A DNA stretch of 64,000 nucleotides from a virus (taxonomy: Duplodnaviria; Caudoviricetes): the IMG/VR virus record IMGVR_UViG_3300028197_000002. One strand, 5' to 3'. The translations under genes were made by a program, and so were the position numbers. The notes beneath the pieces are model-generated. The model ran no database searches and was not told the origin of the DNA. It was given only the letters and a program-made list of their open reading frames with translations. Shown one piece after another: positions 9,248-18,622 of this stretch. The first letter of the stretch is position 1. Every line of letters starts with the position of its first letter.

Positions 9248-11962
9248 ATGACAGCAGGATTCCCACCACAACCACTATATCCATTGGAATTAGATTCCGA
9301 TAGAACTCTTTTTTTGGTACTTAACACCAGTGAAGCCAAAATCACGAGTGATAATTCTGCATGGTCTGACGAGGTAGAAATAACGCCAGTTGGAGCAAAT
9401 GAAGAAGAGCAGTGGGCTGAAAGTGGGTTTGCAAATATTTCAGGAGAACTTTTTTACTACAATTCTGTAGAAAAAAATTCTGATGGAAAAATAATTAAAT
9501 TCAAAAGATGTGCGAGAAATATTGGAGGAAGACAAACCCAATTTAATTACTCAGGAACTTGGGTAAGAGGCTTTGTGATTGCTGAACATCACAATCAATT
9601 AGTAGATACAGTAGTATCTATACAAAACTATCTTCTTGACTTAGAAGATGAGATCATACTCTTAGAAAGTCAACCAATTTGCCTTGATGATGTTTTATGT
9701 CCTGAAGTCACACTAGAAATCACCGAAATTGCAAGTGATCCGTGTGTTGGTTTAACTATAGAATATAATATAATAATAAATGGATCATATAATAACTTTA
9801 CTTTAGATTTTGGAGATGGAACATCAACCAGATCAACGCAGTCTGGAACTCATACTTATGGGATAAATACAGTTTATGACCCAGTTGTTACAGTTAGTAA
9901 TGAATTTTGTTCTATTGTTCAAACTCCTCCAGATAGAGATGTGCCCACTACTCCGCCATCAGATACACCACCCCCGGCGCCCGACATTCTTTTACCACCG
10001 CCACCAGATTTCCCAAATATAACAATACCTGATTGTCCAGAATTCGATCCAGATTTTGATTTGCCACAAGTAGTATTGCCTACATTGTCCTTTACCCCGG
10101 GTGGAGGAGGAGATATTTCAATATTTATAAGTATTGAACCTCCAATTATAAGCATACCTCCTATAAGCTTAGAGCCTATAAGTTTCTTCGGATCTTTTAC
10201 ATTTGGACCCGCACCTGAAATTACGCCTGTAACATTTATATTTGGTCCTGCACCTGTAATTGAACCTGTAACATTTGTATTTGGTCCTGCTCCTGTAATT
10301 GAACCTGTAACATTTGAGTTTGGTCCTGCACCTTTAATTACACCTGTAACATTTGAGTTTGGTCCTGCACCTTTAATTACACCTGTAACATTTGAGTTTG
10401 GTCCTGCACCTTTAATTACACCTGTAACATTTGAGTTTGGTCCTGCACCTTTAATTACGCCTGTAACATTTGAATTCGGTCCTGCACCTTTAATTACACC
10501 TGTAACATTTGAGTTTGGTCCTGCACCTTTAATTACGCCTGTAACATTTGAGTTTGGTCCTGCACCTTTAATTACACCTGTAACATTTGAGTTTGGTCCT
10601 GCACCTACAATCACACCTGTAACATTTGAGTTTGGTCCTGCACCTTTAATTACGCCTGCAACATTTGAGTTTGGTCCTGCACCTGTTGTACAGCCTGTAA
10701 CATTTGAGTTTGGTCCTGCGCCTGTTGTACAGCCTGTAACATTTGAGTTTGGTCCTGCGCCTGTTGTTTATGGCTCGTTCGAGTGGGGAAGTCCACCTAC
10801 TGCTAGCGGTACGTTCGAGTGGGGAAGTCCACCTACTGCTAGCGGCACGTTTGAATGGGGAAGTCCACCTACTGCTACTGGTACGTTCGAGTGGGGAAGT
10901 CCACCTACTGCTACTGGTACATTCGAGTGGGGAAGTCCACCTACTGCTACTGGTACGTTTACTTGGGGAAGTCCACCTAGTGCTACTGGTACATTCGAGT
11001 GGGGAAGTCCACCTACTGCTACTGGTACGTTTACTTGGGGAAGTCCACCTAGTGCTACTGGTACGTTTACTTGGGGAAGTCCACCTACTGCTACTGGTAC
11101 GTTTACTTGGGGAAGTCCACCTAGTGCTAGCGGTACGTTTACTTGGGGAAGTCCACCTAGTGCTAGCGGTACGTTTACTTGGGGAAGTCCACCTAGTGCT
11201 ACCGGCTCGTTCGATTGGGGAAGTCCACCTAGTGTTGGTGGCTCGTTCGATTGGGGAAGTCCACCTAGTGTTGGTGTTTCATGGGGAAGCCCTCCTTCTG
11301 TAACAGGTACGGTCACAGTAAGTTGTCCGGGAGGAAGTGGTTACGCAGCTCCAAGATCCAAAATGTTTGATGATGAATATAGCGATGATTTTTCAGACAG
11401 TTTTGGAGAAGACTTGAAGTTTGAGATAGAAGGTTCAGATGTAGGCATACCTTCTGAAATTAAAATCGTAGCTCCAGAATTTCCAGAAATTCGAGTTAAA
11501 CATGATTTACCAGAAACTATAAATGTAAAATCATTTTTGCCAGAAAGAATTGAACTTTACCAAAGCCAGCCTTTATTACACACATACGAAGTTAAAATAA
11601 TAAATGAAAATTTAATACCCAAGTCAATTAATTTAGAATCTAAAGATCTGCCTAGGTCTATAAAACTAGACACTAGCGACTTGCCTGAACACATTAGCTT
11701 AGTAGTCCCAGAAATTTCTAATATTAAGATAGATGCTTCTGATATCCCGGACGTAATTAGAGTTGAAGGAGTTCCGGACTTTATTGATGTGAAAATGCCT
11801 AGTGAAATAACCGCAAAGCTAGAACTTCCAGAAAATCTTGAAGTTCCACTAGTTTATAAAGGAGGTCCTTTGCCAATACAATTTGATGCAAAAAATTTAC
11901 TAGGCGGGGATGATGATGATCAACCTTGTTTTGCCTTAGTTCCTTGCAATCCTAAAAAATGA
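9248..11962 (+). CDS. Repeat-rich fibre-like virion protein (PKD plus Pro-rich tandem repeats)
   Basis: LDFGDGT..HTY PKD motif, then ~15 x FEFGPAPLITPVT and ~15 x F(E/T)WGSPP(T/S)A(T/S)GT, then degenerate xxP..I repeats. Confidence 0.7.
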   Translation: MTAGFPPQPLYPLELDSDRTLFLVLNTSEAKITSDNSAWSDEVEITPVGANEEEQWAESGFANISGELFYYNSVEKNSDGKIIKFKRCARNIGGRQTQFNYSGTWVRGFVIAEHHNQLVDTVVSIQNYLLDLEDEIILLESQPICLDDVLCPEVTLEITEIASDPCVGLTIEYNIIINGSYNNFTLDFGDGTSTRSTQSGTHTYGINTVYDPVVTVSNEFCSIVQTPPDRDVPTTPPSDTPPPAPDILLPPPPDFPNITIPDCPEFDPDFDLPQVVLPTLSFTPGGGGDISIFISIEPPIISIPPISLEPISFFGSFTFGPAPEITPVTFIFGPAPVIEPVTFVFGPAPVIEPVTFEFGPAPLITPVTFEFGPAPLITPVTFEFGPAPLITPVTFEFGPAPLITPVTFEFGPAPLITPVTFEFGPAPLITPVTFEFGPAPLITPVTFEFGPAPTITPVTFEFGPAPLITPATFEFGPAPVVQPVTFEFGPAPVVQPVTFEFGPAPVVYGSFEWGSPPTASGTFEWGSPPTASGTFEWGSPPTATGTFEWGSPPTATGTFEWGSPPTATGTFTWGSPPSATGTFEWGSPPTATGTFTWGSPPSATGTFTWGSPPTATGTFTWGSPPSASGTFTWGSPPSASGTFTWGSPPSATGSFDWGSPPSVGGSFDWGSPPSVGVSWGSPPSVTGTVTVSCPGGSGYAAPRSKMFDDEYSDDFSDSFGEDLKFEIEGSDVGIPSEIKIVAPEFPEIRVKHDLPETINVKSFLPERIELYQSQPLLHTYEVKIINENLIPKSINLESKDLPRSIKLDTSDLPEHISLVVPEISNIKIDASDIPDVIRVEGVPDFIDVKMPSEITAKLELPENLEVPLVYKGGPLPIQFDAKNLLGGDDDDQPCFALVPCNPKK
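10195..10770 (+). repeat. 39-bp coding tandem repeat, ~15 copies (FEFGPAPLITPVT)
   Basis: Near-identical acatttgagtttggtcctgcacctttaattacacctgta units read directly. Confidence 0.95.
10777..11295 (+). repeat. 36-bp coding tandem repeat, ~15 copies (FEWGSPPTATGT)
   Basis: Repeated tggggaagtccacct core every 36 bp. Confidence 0.95.
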
Positions 11963-12816
11963 GAATTAAAAAGTATAAAAAAAACGAATATTCTTTGTCA
12001 AAAGATGGAATATGGGTGAGAAACTTATGTTCTAAAGAAAAAAATTTTGATATAAATTATCTTTACAAAGAAGATAAAGAAATTTGTTTAGAAAATGAAT
12101 ATCAAAATATCAAAGGCATAAAAAATATAAATTTTAACAATTTTCATAGTGATGTAATCATATGTTCCGATGGATTTAAATGGAATAAAAAACAATTTGC
12201 TTTGAGCGAAATCCCAAACAGCAAAGCAAGAGTAATAGGAACAAATGGTTCTTTAAGAGAATGGCAAATGGTCGGATCTCTTTCTGACAAAAAAAGAGTT
12301 ATGAATTATTATTTTATAAATAATCCATACAAAGAAGCTTTAAGCTATTTGCCAACAAAACATGCCTACTACCCACCGGTAATTTCATCTTTAAGAACGC
12401 ATCCTGAATTCATAAACGCGTATAGAGATAAAGATGTTTCTTGGTACAGTCCTCCTGAAGAAGATAATTATTCTATTCCAAAAAATAGAGTTCAAACATT
12501 TTTAGATGACTACAGGAATCCAATTTGTGGCGCTGTAAATTTGGCTTATAGAATCGGTGCAAAAAGAATATTCTTATTTTGCTGTGATGAGGCTTTCAAA
12601 GATCATAGAGACGCTTCTATAGAAATGCACAACGGTTTGTATCAATATCCTCAGCAAATAATGTCTCAAAACATATTGGATAAACAATTTTATTGGCTTA
12701 ATAAAAATAATGTTGAAATTTTTGACTGCTCTAGTGGTATAAAATATGAAAATGCAACATATATAACAGAAGAAGAATTAATTTCGTTTTTTCAAAGGAG
12801 TGATAAAAATGGATAA
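11959..12816 (+). CDS. DUF115/MptE-like (Maf-type) glycosyltransferase-fold protein
   Basis: VIICSDG, VIGTNGSL and ICGAVNLAYRIGAKRIFLFCCD match the family layout (AxxLAYxLGxKxIxLxGxD). Confidence 0.55.
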   Translation: MRIKKYKKNEYSLSKDGIWVRNLCSKEKNFDINYLYKEDKEICLENEYQNIKGIKNINFNNFHSDVIICSDGFKWNKKQFALSEIPNSKARVIGTNGSLREWQMVGSLSDKKRVMNYYFINNPYKEALSYLPTKHAYYPPVISSLRTHPEFINAYRDKDVSWYSPPEEDNYSIPKNRVQTFLDDYRNPICGAVNLAYRIGAKRIFLFCCDEAFKDHRDASIEMHNGLYQYPQQIMSQNILDKQFYWLNKNNVEIFDCSSGIKYENATYITEEELISFFQRSDKNG

Positions 12817-13108
12817 CAATAACAAAAATGACTTATCTTTAGACGATTTCAAAAAATGGATAAAAGGTCAGGATGACTTTGCATCTAGATTTTCCAAAAG
12901 ATTCCCAATAGGCGAAAAAGTAATATCGCGTTGTGGCGGAAGAAAACTTTCAGAAACAATAACTCTTGATGAAGGCAATTTAAAAAGAGTTATAAAAGAA
13001 TTTCTAAAAAATGGCGGAAAAATAAAAGAATTCGACGATTACGAATATATTATCGAAGTTAGATGTGGATCTTTTTCTGTTAAGAAAAACTATGTGATGT
13101 TAGATTGA
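12800..13108 (+). CDS. Hypothetical protein
   Basis: ORF overlapping the upstream stop. Confidence 0.5.
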   Translation: MIKMDNNNKNDLSLDDFKKWIKGQDDFASRFSKRFPIGEKVISRCGGRKLSETITLDEGNLKRVIKEFLKNGGKIKEFDDYEYIIEVRCGSFSVKKNYVMLD

Positions 13109-13112
13109 TTAA

Positions 13113-13490
13113 TTATTTTTTCTTTCTTAGCATTGTGCTACGTGTATCTAAAAGAGCATCTTTATTTATTTTGGATATATTATTTGTGATATAGAAATTT
13201 GTTTCTCGAAAAGGCAAATTTCTATATCCTCTTTTTGCTAAAGACCTCTTTAGTCCCTCATACCCTTCTTCAGATGATTCTATCCACATTTCATTAAGCA
13301 TATTATTTTCACGCAGCTCAGTATTGAGTTTTTTTATAAGATCTTTAGAAAGACCTAATTCAATTAATTTATTTATATTTTCTATCTTTATAGGATAAGT
13401 TTTTGATTTAGTAGCAAAAGACAACAAGACTTTCACGCCTCTTTTATCTCTTCTTGCTAGATATATAAAAATTTTATTTTTTGCTTTCAT
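13113..13490 (-). CDS. Hypothetical basic protein
   Basis: 125-aa ORF converging on the upstream operon. Confidence 0.5.
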   Translation of the reverse strand: MKAKNKIFIYLARRDKRGVKVLLSFATKSKTYPIKIENINKLIELGLSKDLIKKLNTELRENNMLNEMWIESSEEGYEGLKRSLAKRGYRNLPFRETNFYITNNISKINKDALLDTRSTMLRKKK

Positions 13491-13609
13491 TTAACAACTT
13501 CTTAAAAAATTCTTCTAAAACTATTTTAGTATGTGAATCCATTTTTCCAAATTGGTTAAAAAAAGATTCAAAAGTTTCAACAATTTCTTTGTCTTTATTT
13601 GTATTTGTC

Positions 13610-13882
13610 ATGATACCACTTTCTGAATACGCAAAAGCATACAACAAGATATGTATATATTATTTCGGGGATTCAATTAATTTCATTAATTCTCTAATTG
13701 ATAGTCAAAAAATTTATAAAGAAAATTTTCCTGATATAAAGGTATTTATATGTTGTAAGGACGAACTTTTTGAAACTTTTGAAAATAAAGAAAATATGAT
13801 ATGTCGGTCTGATCTTATTAAATCTAAAAATAAATTCGCCTACATAAGAGAAGTTAATCCAAATTTCAACAATATTGTTTAA
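13610..13882 (+). CDS. Hypothetical protein (ATG at 13610 preferred over the listed 13481)
   Basis: The 5' extension overlaps the divergent gene start; natural-looking sequence begins at MIPLSEYAK. Confidence 0.35.
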   Translation: MIPLSEYAKAYNKICIYYFGDSINFINSLIDSQKIYKENFPDIKVFICCKDELFETFENKENMICRSDLIKSKNKFAYIREVNPNFNNIV

Positions 13883-13924
13883 GTTTATTTTTAAAATAAT
13901 ATATAATATTAGGAGAAATGATAT

Positions 13925-14497
13925 ATGAGTACTTTTAAAGTTAAATTAACTGGATATGGCACAGGCCCGACAGCGCAAGGAGCCTTGGCATCAGCAGGCG
14001 GCGTTGATCAAAGAACTGTTTGGATAATGGGTCCAGACAGAACAAATAGAAAATTAAAAGATGGAGCTGTTTTTGATGATGTAAATTATTGGAAAAGATA
14101 CGCATATCCACAAGTTCCTTTAGACGAAGCAATTATTGAAGTTGTAACCGATGACGGAATTGAATGGCTAGACGATAGACAAACTAATTTTCCAAGAGTA
14201 TATGACATCACAGCTGCCGGAGGTTCTGCTTTTTCTACCAATATAGCTGACATATTAAGCACCACAGATGGCTATGCTGTGTTTGCTCAAATAACTAATA
14301 AAAGTACAACTCAAGATGTAACTTTAAGACTAAACAAAGATGATTCTGCCATCATAGATCTTCCAGCAGGATCAACTCAATCTTTTCAAGCAGGAGATGT
14401 TTCTATAAGCACTATTGAAATTGGAAATGATGCAGTAGGAGCAGTAGACGCTGAAGTTCAAATCTTAGTCTCAATATCAGTCGTTCCAAGAAGCTAA
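13925..14497 (+). CDS. Probable structural/decoration protein
   Basis: AGGAG RBS, upstream TATATA, and small-residue-rich beta composition like the head proteins. Confidence 0.45.
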   Translation: MSTFKVKLTGYGTGPTAQGALASAGGVDQRTVWIMGPDRTNRKLKDGAVFDDVNYWKRYAYPQVPLDEAIIEVVTDDGIEWLDDRQTNFPRVYDITAAGGSAFSTNIADILSTTDGYAVFAQITNKSTTQDVTLRLNKDDSAIIDLPAGSTQSFQAGDVSISTIEIGNDAVGAVDAEVQILVSISVVPRS

Positions 14498-14552
14498 TTT
14501 ATTATGCATGAATAATTTAACAAGAGCGTTAAAAAAGTTTCAAGGAGGAAAC

Positions 14553-14609
14553 ATGGATGTTGTTAAATTAGCAGGAAGAAAAGACATGGTTTTATATAAA
14601 AAAGATTAA
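14553..14609 (+). CDS. 18-aa micro-ORF (MDVVKLAGRKDMVLYKKD)
   Basis: Strong AAGGAGG Shine-Dalgarno just upstream; not in the ORF track. Confidence 0.3.
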   Translation: MDVVKLAGRKDMVLYKKD

Positions 14610-14645
14610 ATTGCTAAAAGACATGGTTCTAAACTACATTATTAA

Positions 14646-15590
14646 ATGTCAAGATTAGATCGTCAAAATGGACTTTCGATTAGTGAGTTTGTCGAAAAAA
14701 GAAATAAGATTCTTATACTGATGAAAGACGGTGGCTTGGGCGATGTGTTCTCTTACAGAATGATTTTTGAAGATATTAAAAAATTAATTCCAAATGCTTA
14801 TGTGGTTTTTGCGTGTCCAGAAAAATACTTTTCAGCAATTGAAGATCATCCTTTTATAGATGAGGTCACAAATTGTGAAACAATAGATAAAAAAGAATTT
14901 ATTGTTCACTATGACATAACTTCAGTTTGTTTTGAACATGAAATGAAAATTGCTCCATTCTCTGATTTAAATAGAAGCGATATTGTGTCTGAGCATTGTG
15001 GCTTTGCATTAACCAACCATAACATGCATATTAATCTAGAAGAAATTCATGTAAAAGAAGCAAAAGAAAAATTGCCAAATAAAATTAATTTTGCTATATG
15101 TCCTTTTTCAAAAGTTCCAGCTCGATCAATGACAATGAGTCAAATTAAAAAAATAAAAAATAAATTAGACAGTCTAGATATTAATTTAATTTGTTTACAT
15201 AATAAAGAAAACAAAGACTTAGAAAATATTGGAATTCCTGTTTGGAGCGAATTGAATAATAAGCAATGGATGGGATCTTTAGCAGCGGTAGATTATGTAA
15301 TAAGCGTAGATACAGCCAGCTTTCATTTTTCTGGTGGGATTGAAAAACCTTTAATTGGAATTTTTGGACCTACAGATGGAAAAGTAATCGGAAAGCATTA
15401 CAAATTCATTTTAATTCAAAGACACAGGGATGAAGGAGACTGGGATTGTGGACCTTGCCATAACTGGTTTAGTTGTCCAAAAACAAAAAATGCAATAAAA
15501 CCTTGTATAAAAGAAATAAATGATGAAAAGTTAATAAATAGTATTGACGTAATTTTAGAAAAATATCCCATAAAATACTCTAATAACTAA
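14646..15590 (+). CDS. GT9 (heptosyltransferase-like) glycosyltransferase
   Basis: GGLGDV N-motif; DYVISVDTASFHFSGGIEKPLIGIFGPT C-motif; CxPC..CP..KPC tail. Confidence 0.85.
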   Translation: MSRLDRQNGLSISEFVEKRNKILILMKDGGLGDVFSYRMIFEDIKKLIPNAYVVFACPEKYFSAIEDHPFIDEVTNCETIDKKEFIVHYDITSVCFEHEMKIAPFSDLNRSDIVSEHCGFALTNHNMHINLEEIHVKEAKEKLPNKINFAICPFSKVPARSMTMSQIKKIKNKLDSLDINLICLHNKENKDLENIGIPVWSELNNKQWMGSLAAVDYVISVDTASFHFSGGIEKPLIGIFGPTDGKVIGKHYKFILIQRHRDEGDWDCGPCHNWFSCPKTKNAIKPCIKEINDEKLINSIDVILEKYPIKYSNN

Positions 15591-15604
15591 GAATACATAA
15601 TAAT

Positions 15605-15853
15605 ATGGCACATTTAATAAAACCCGGAGAAATAAAAGTAGTTAGTAAAGATAATGAGGTATCAGTCAATATCTCATTAGACTTAAATATTTCTCTAGAC
15701 GGGACTGTAACTGGTGTGAGTACCCAGATTCAAAACTCTCAGCAACCATCTTTAGGCGAAAATAAAATTGATTCTCCTGAAGACACCACATGGGCGATAC
15801 CAGATTTTGAATCTGCTTCAGGCAAGTTGAAATTTGGAAAAGAAGAAAAATAA
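15605..15853 (+). CDS. Small hypothetical protein upstream of the actin-like ATPase
   Basis: 82-aa ORF ending WAIPDFESASGKLKFGKEE. Confidence 0.55.
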   Translation: MAHLIKPGEIKVVSKDNEVSVNISLDLNISLDGTVTGVSTQIQNSQQPSLGENKIDSPEDTTWAIPDFESASGKLKFGKEEK

Positions 15854-15876
15854 AATAAGAAAGAAAGAGGTGAAAA

Positions 15877-16896
15877 ATGGCAATAGGATTTGACGCAGGA
15901 ACTTATCATTTAGTTAGTTGTAAAAAACAAGGCGAAGAATATATTTACAAAAAAGAGGTAAATGCTTTTTTGGAAATGCCTTTAGAAAACAGATTTGTTT
16001 TCAATATGATGAACAACGCAGGAGTCCCTTTAATCGAAAACAAAGAAGCAAATGTTGCTTACGCTCTTGGTGAAAAGGCTGTAGATATGGCTTACACTAT
16101 GAATCAAATAGAACTTAAAAGGCCTATGAAAGATGGATGCTTAAATCCAAAAGAAAGACATGCGCAACAAATAATGAATGTTATGGCGCATAGTCTCATA
16201 GGAGAGATTTCGCAAAATGAAGAAAAGTTGTATTACTCTGTCCCTGCAAATGCTATAAATCAAGAAACTGACGCTGATTATCACTCTAAGATATTGCAAG
16301 CAATGTTCAAAGCTTACGAAAGTGAGCAAGGCTTTAAAGTTGATGCATATCCTATTAATGAAGCTTTGGCTTTAGTGTATGCTGAGTTAACAAATAAAAA
16401 TTGGACTGGAATTGGAATTTCTTTTGGCGCTGGAATGGTGAATCTTTGTTACGCTATTTATGGAGCGCCAATTTTTCAGTTTTCTTTAGTTAACAGTGGA
16501 GATTGGATTGACAAGATGGCTTCAAAAGCAATAGGTGAAGATACTACCACTTATGTAAACAAAGAAAAAATGAAATCTGATCTAACTATTGATCAACCTG
16601 ATACGCTTGTTCAAAGAGCAATCAAAACTCAGTACGAGATCATGATTCAACACACAGTCAATGGAATAAAACAAGGTTTAGAAAATGCTGGAAACAAAGC
16701 AAGATCAGAGGAACCTATTGACATAGTAATTGCTGGCGGTACTAGTATGCCAGTTGGATTCGAAAAAATGTTTTCTACAATATTAGAGCAATCAGGTATT
16801 TCTGATAACATTAAAGTCGGCTCTGTAATTCGACCAAACGACCCTTTGTTCTCTGTGGCCAGAGGATGTTACATCGCAGCTGAAAACGCAACTTAA
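15877..16896 (+). CDS. Actin-fold ATPase (MreB/ParM superfamily)
   Basis: Phosphate-1 IGFDAGT, connect-1 INEALA, phosphate-2 GISFGAGMVN, adenosine IVIAGGTS, connect-2 VARGC; GAGGTG RBS. Confidence 0.85.
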   Translation: MAIGFDAGTYHLVSCKKQGEEYIYKKEVNAFLEMPLENRFVFNMMNNAGVPLIENKEANVAYALGEKAVDMAYTMNQIELKRPMKDGCLNPKERHAQQIMNVMAHSLIGEISQNEEKLYYSVPANAINQETDADYHSKILQAMFKAYESEQGFKVDAYPINEALALVYAELTNKNWTGIGISFGAGMVNLCYAIYGAPIFQFSLVNSGDWIDKMASKAIGEDTTTYVNKEKMKSDLTIDQPDTLVQRAIKTQYEIMIQHTVNGIKQGLENAGNKARSEEPIDIVIAGGTSMPVGFEKMFSTILEQSGISDNIKVGSVIRPNDPLFSVARGCYIAAENAT

Positions 16897-17129
16897 TGAG
16901 AGGAAAAATGAAGAAAATTGTCACGGACCTAGGAGCAGGAGCTTACCTTCTTATGCATGGCCATAAAGTGGTAGGAAGAAAAGGCAAAGAATTTATATTT
17001 GAAGTAAATGAATCAGAGGAAAATGAATTCGAAGAAAGAAAGCTAGAATATCTCTCTAGTGAGTTTCATAGATTTGATTCTTACATTATGTCTTTAAAGA
17101 AAATAGGGGAGTATTATCCTCGAAAATAA
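16896..17129 (+). CDS. Small protein, DUF5659-like (possible nucleic-acid binding)
   Basis: TDLGAGAYLLMHGHK motif; TAATG coupling to the ATPase. Confidence 0.45.
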   Translation: MRGKMKKIVTDLGAGAYLLMHGHKVVGRKGKEFIFEVNESEENEFEERKLEYLSSEFHRFDSYIMSLKKIGEYYPRK

Positions 17130-17167
17130 TAACTAAAAATATTATTTTAATATAATAAATAAGTATT

Positions 17168-18622
17168 ATGAAAAGCATAGCAGATTATTTCAGAGATGTA
17201 CTTATAGAACTTTCGAGCAATCTAAGAAAGCACTTAGAGGAGCTTGAAGCTTCGGTAAGAAAACATATAGCAGATTCAACTTCACCTTCGGGACAGCCAG
17301 CCAATGCAACGAACCGAAGTGAATCTTCAATTGTTGAGTCATACAAGAAAAAAAGAAAACTTTTTGATTTTGTGAAGTTAGAAAGCGAAAACTTTTTATT
17401 AAATTTTCCAGAAGGAAAGTTGAAACAATACACTTTTAAGCAAAATTTTGCAAATAAACTAATTGAATTTGCAATCAATGAAGCAGAAGTAATAAATGAA
17501 GAAGATCTTTCAAAAATCATAAATGATTTTAAAGAAAAAGTTATTAGATCAATGTCTGTGGCTAGCAATTCTATTCGAACAAAACAGCAGTTCACTAAAG
17601 AATTTGATCCTAAAGCAATAGTTGATAACGACGATGATGATGGACCATCTACACAAACGTATGATGATAAATCTGATGATGAAATTGAAGATATTGTCAA
17701 AAATCAACAAGCATCCACAAGCCAAAAGTCAAGTGCAGATGTCAAAAATCAACAAGCATCTAAAAGCCAAAAATCAAGTTCAGACGTCAAAGGAACTGCT
17801 ACCGCTAGTGACGTAGAAGAATTAGAACAACGTGAAGATGAAGAAAAAATAGCTTTAGATGAATTAAATTCTTTTTCAGACGAAGATAAAGAAGCAATAA
17901 TTTCTAATTTTCTTAATGCAGGTATTTTAAATCTTGATGGAAAAGTAAAAATTCCAACTGGAGATTTCAAGGGCATTCTCAAAAGAAGGACAGATAAAGA
18001 ATTAGAAAAGTATCTTCCGTCATTAACGAGCGATCACGTTGCTCATCTTATGGCCATAATGGTACATATAGCTCATGAACAAGAAGAAGATGGCTACGCT
18101 TCTATTTTTGAGAAAATTAAAAAGTTATATAAAAAAACAATAACTGAAATTGGAAAAAAATCTGGCGAGGAAGCAGCTAAACCACAAGATTCTAATAAAA
18201 CAACATCTAAAGCAGCTAAACCACAAGAAGATCCTAAAACAAAGCCCCAGAAAGCCCCAGAATCGTCAGTTAAGCCTCAGATGAAGTCTTACTCGTCTAA
18301 TTCGGTTAAGCCGGAAACAAAGCCTACAGACGATTCTAGGGATACACCGTCTATTCCAAGGCCAAAACTTCCACAAAGTGTCAAAACACCCACAGATTTT
18401 GCCAATTGGATGCAAAAGCTTTCTAGAGACATATATTCTACAAATAAATCAATAGGAACAATGGCTCAAGAAACCGCCAAAACTGCAAAAGATGCAGTTA
18501 GTCGTGGCGCTTTTAATGCCATAAACCCAGAAGAGCAATTTAATGCTTTTATGAATCTGGCTTTATCAGAACTTTCAGAAGAAGATTTATATAAATTAAT
18601 TACTTCAACTTCTGGATTTTAA
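17168..18622 (+). CDS. Hypothetical protein with low-complexity linkers (possible internal head protein)
   Basis: MKSIADYF N-terminus; duplicated KNQQAS(T/K)SQKSS and KAAKPQ segments. Confidence 0.45.
   Translation: MKSIADYFRDVLIELSSNLRKHLEELEASVRKHIADSTSPSGQPANATNRSESSIVESYKKKRKLFDFVKLESENFLLNFPEGKLKQYTFKQNFANKLIEFAINEAEVINEEDLSKIINDFKEKVIRSMSVASNSIRTKQQFTKEFDPKAIVDNDDDDGPSTQTYDDKSDDEIEDIVKNQQASTSQKSSADVKNQQASKSQKSSSDVKGTATASDVEELEQREDEEKIALDELNSFSDEDKEAIISNFLNAGILNLDGKVKIPTGDFKGILKRRTDKELEKYLPSLTSDHVAHLMAIMVHIAHEQEEDGYASIFEKIKKLYKKTITEIGKKSGEEAAKPQDSNKTTSKAAKPQEDPKTKPQKAPESSVKPQMKSYSSNSVKPETKPTDDSRDTPSIPRPKLPQSVKTPTDFANWMQKLSRDIYSTNKSIGTMAQETAKTAKDAVSRGAFNAINPEEQFNAFMNLALSELSEEDLYKLITSTSGF

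Noticed and set aside
10195-11295. Regular 36-39-bp repeats resembling a CRISPR array
   Set aside because: No unique spacers; unit lengths are multiples of 3 and in frame within a CDS; no cas operon.
9919-11316. Antisense and alternate-frame ORFs over the repeats (9919-10614, 10743-11303, 10768-11316)
   Set aside because: Shadow frames kept open by repeat periodicity.
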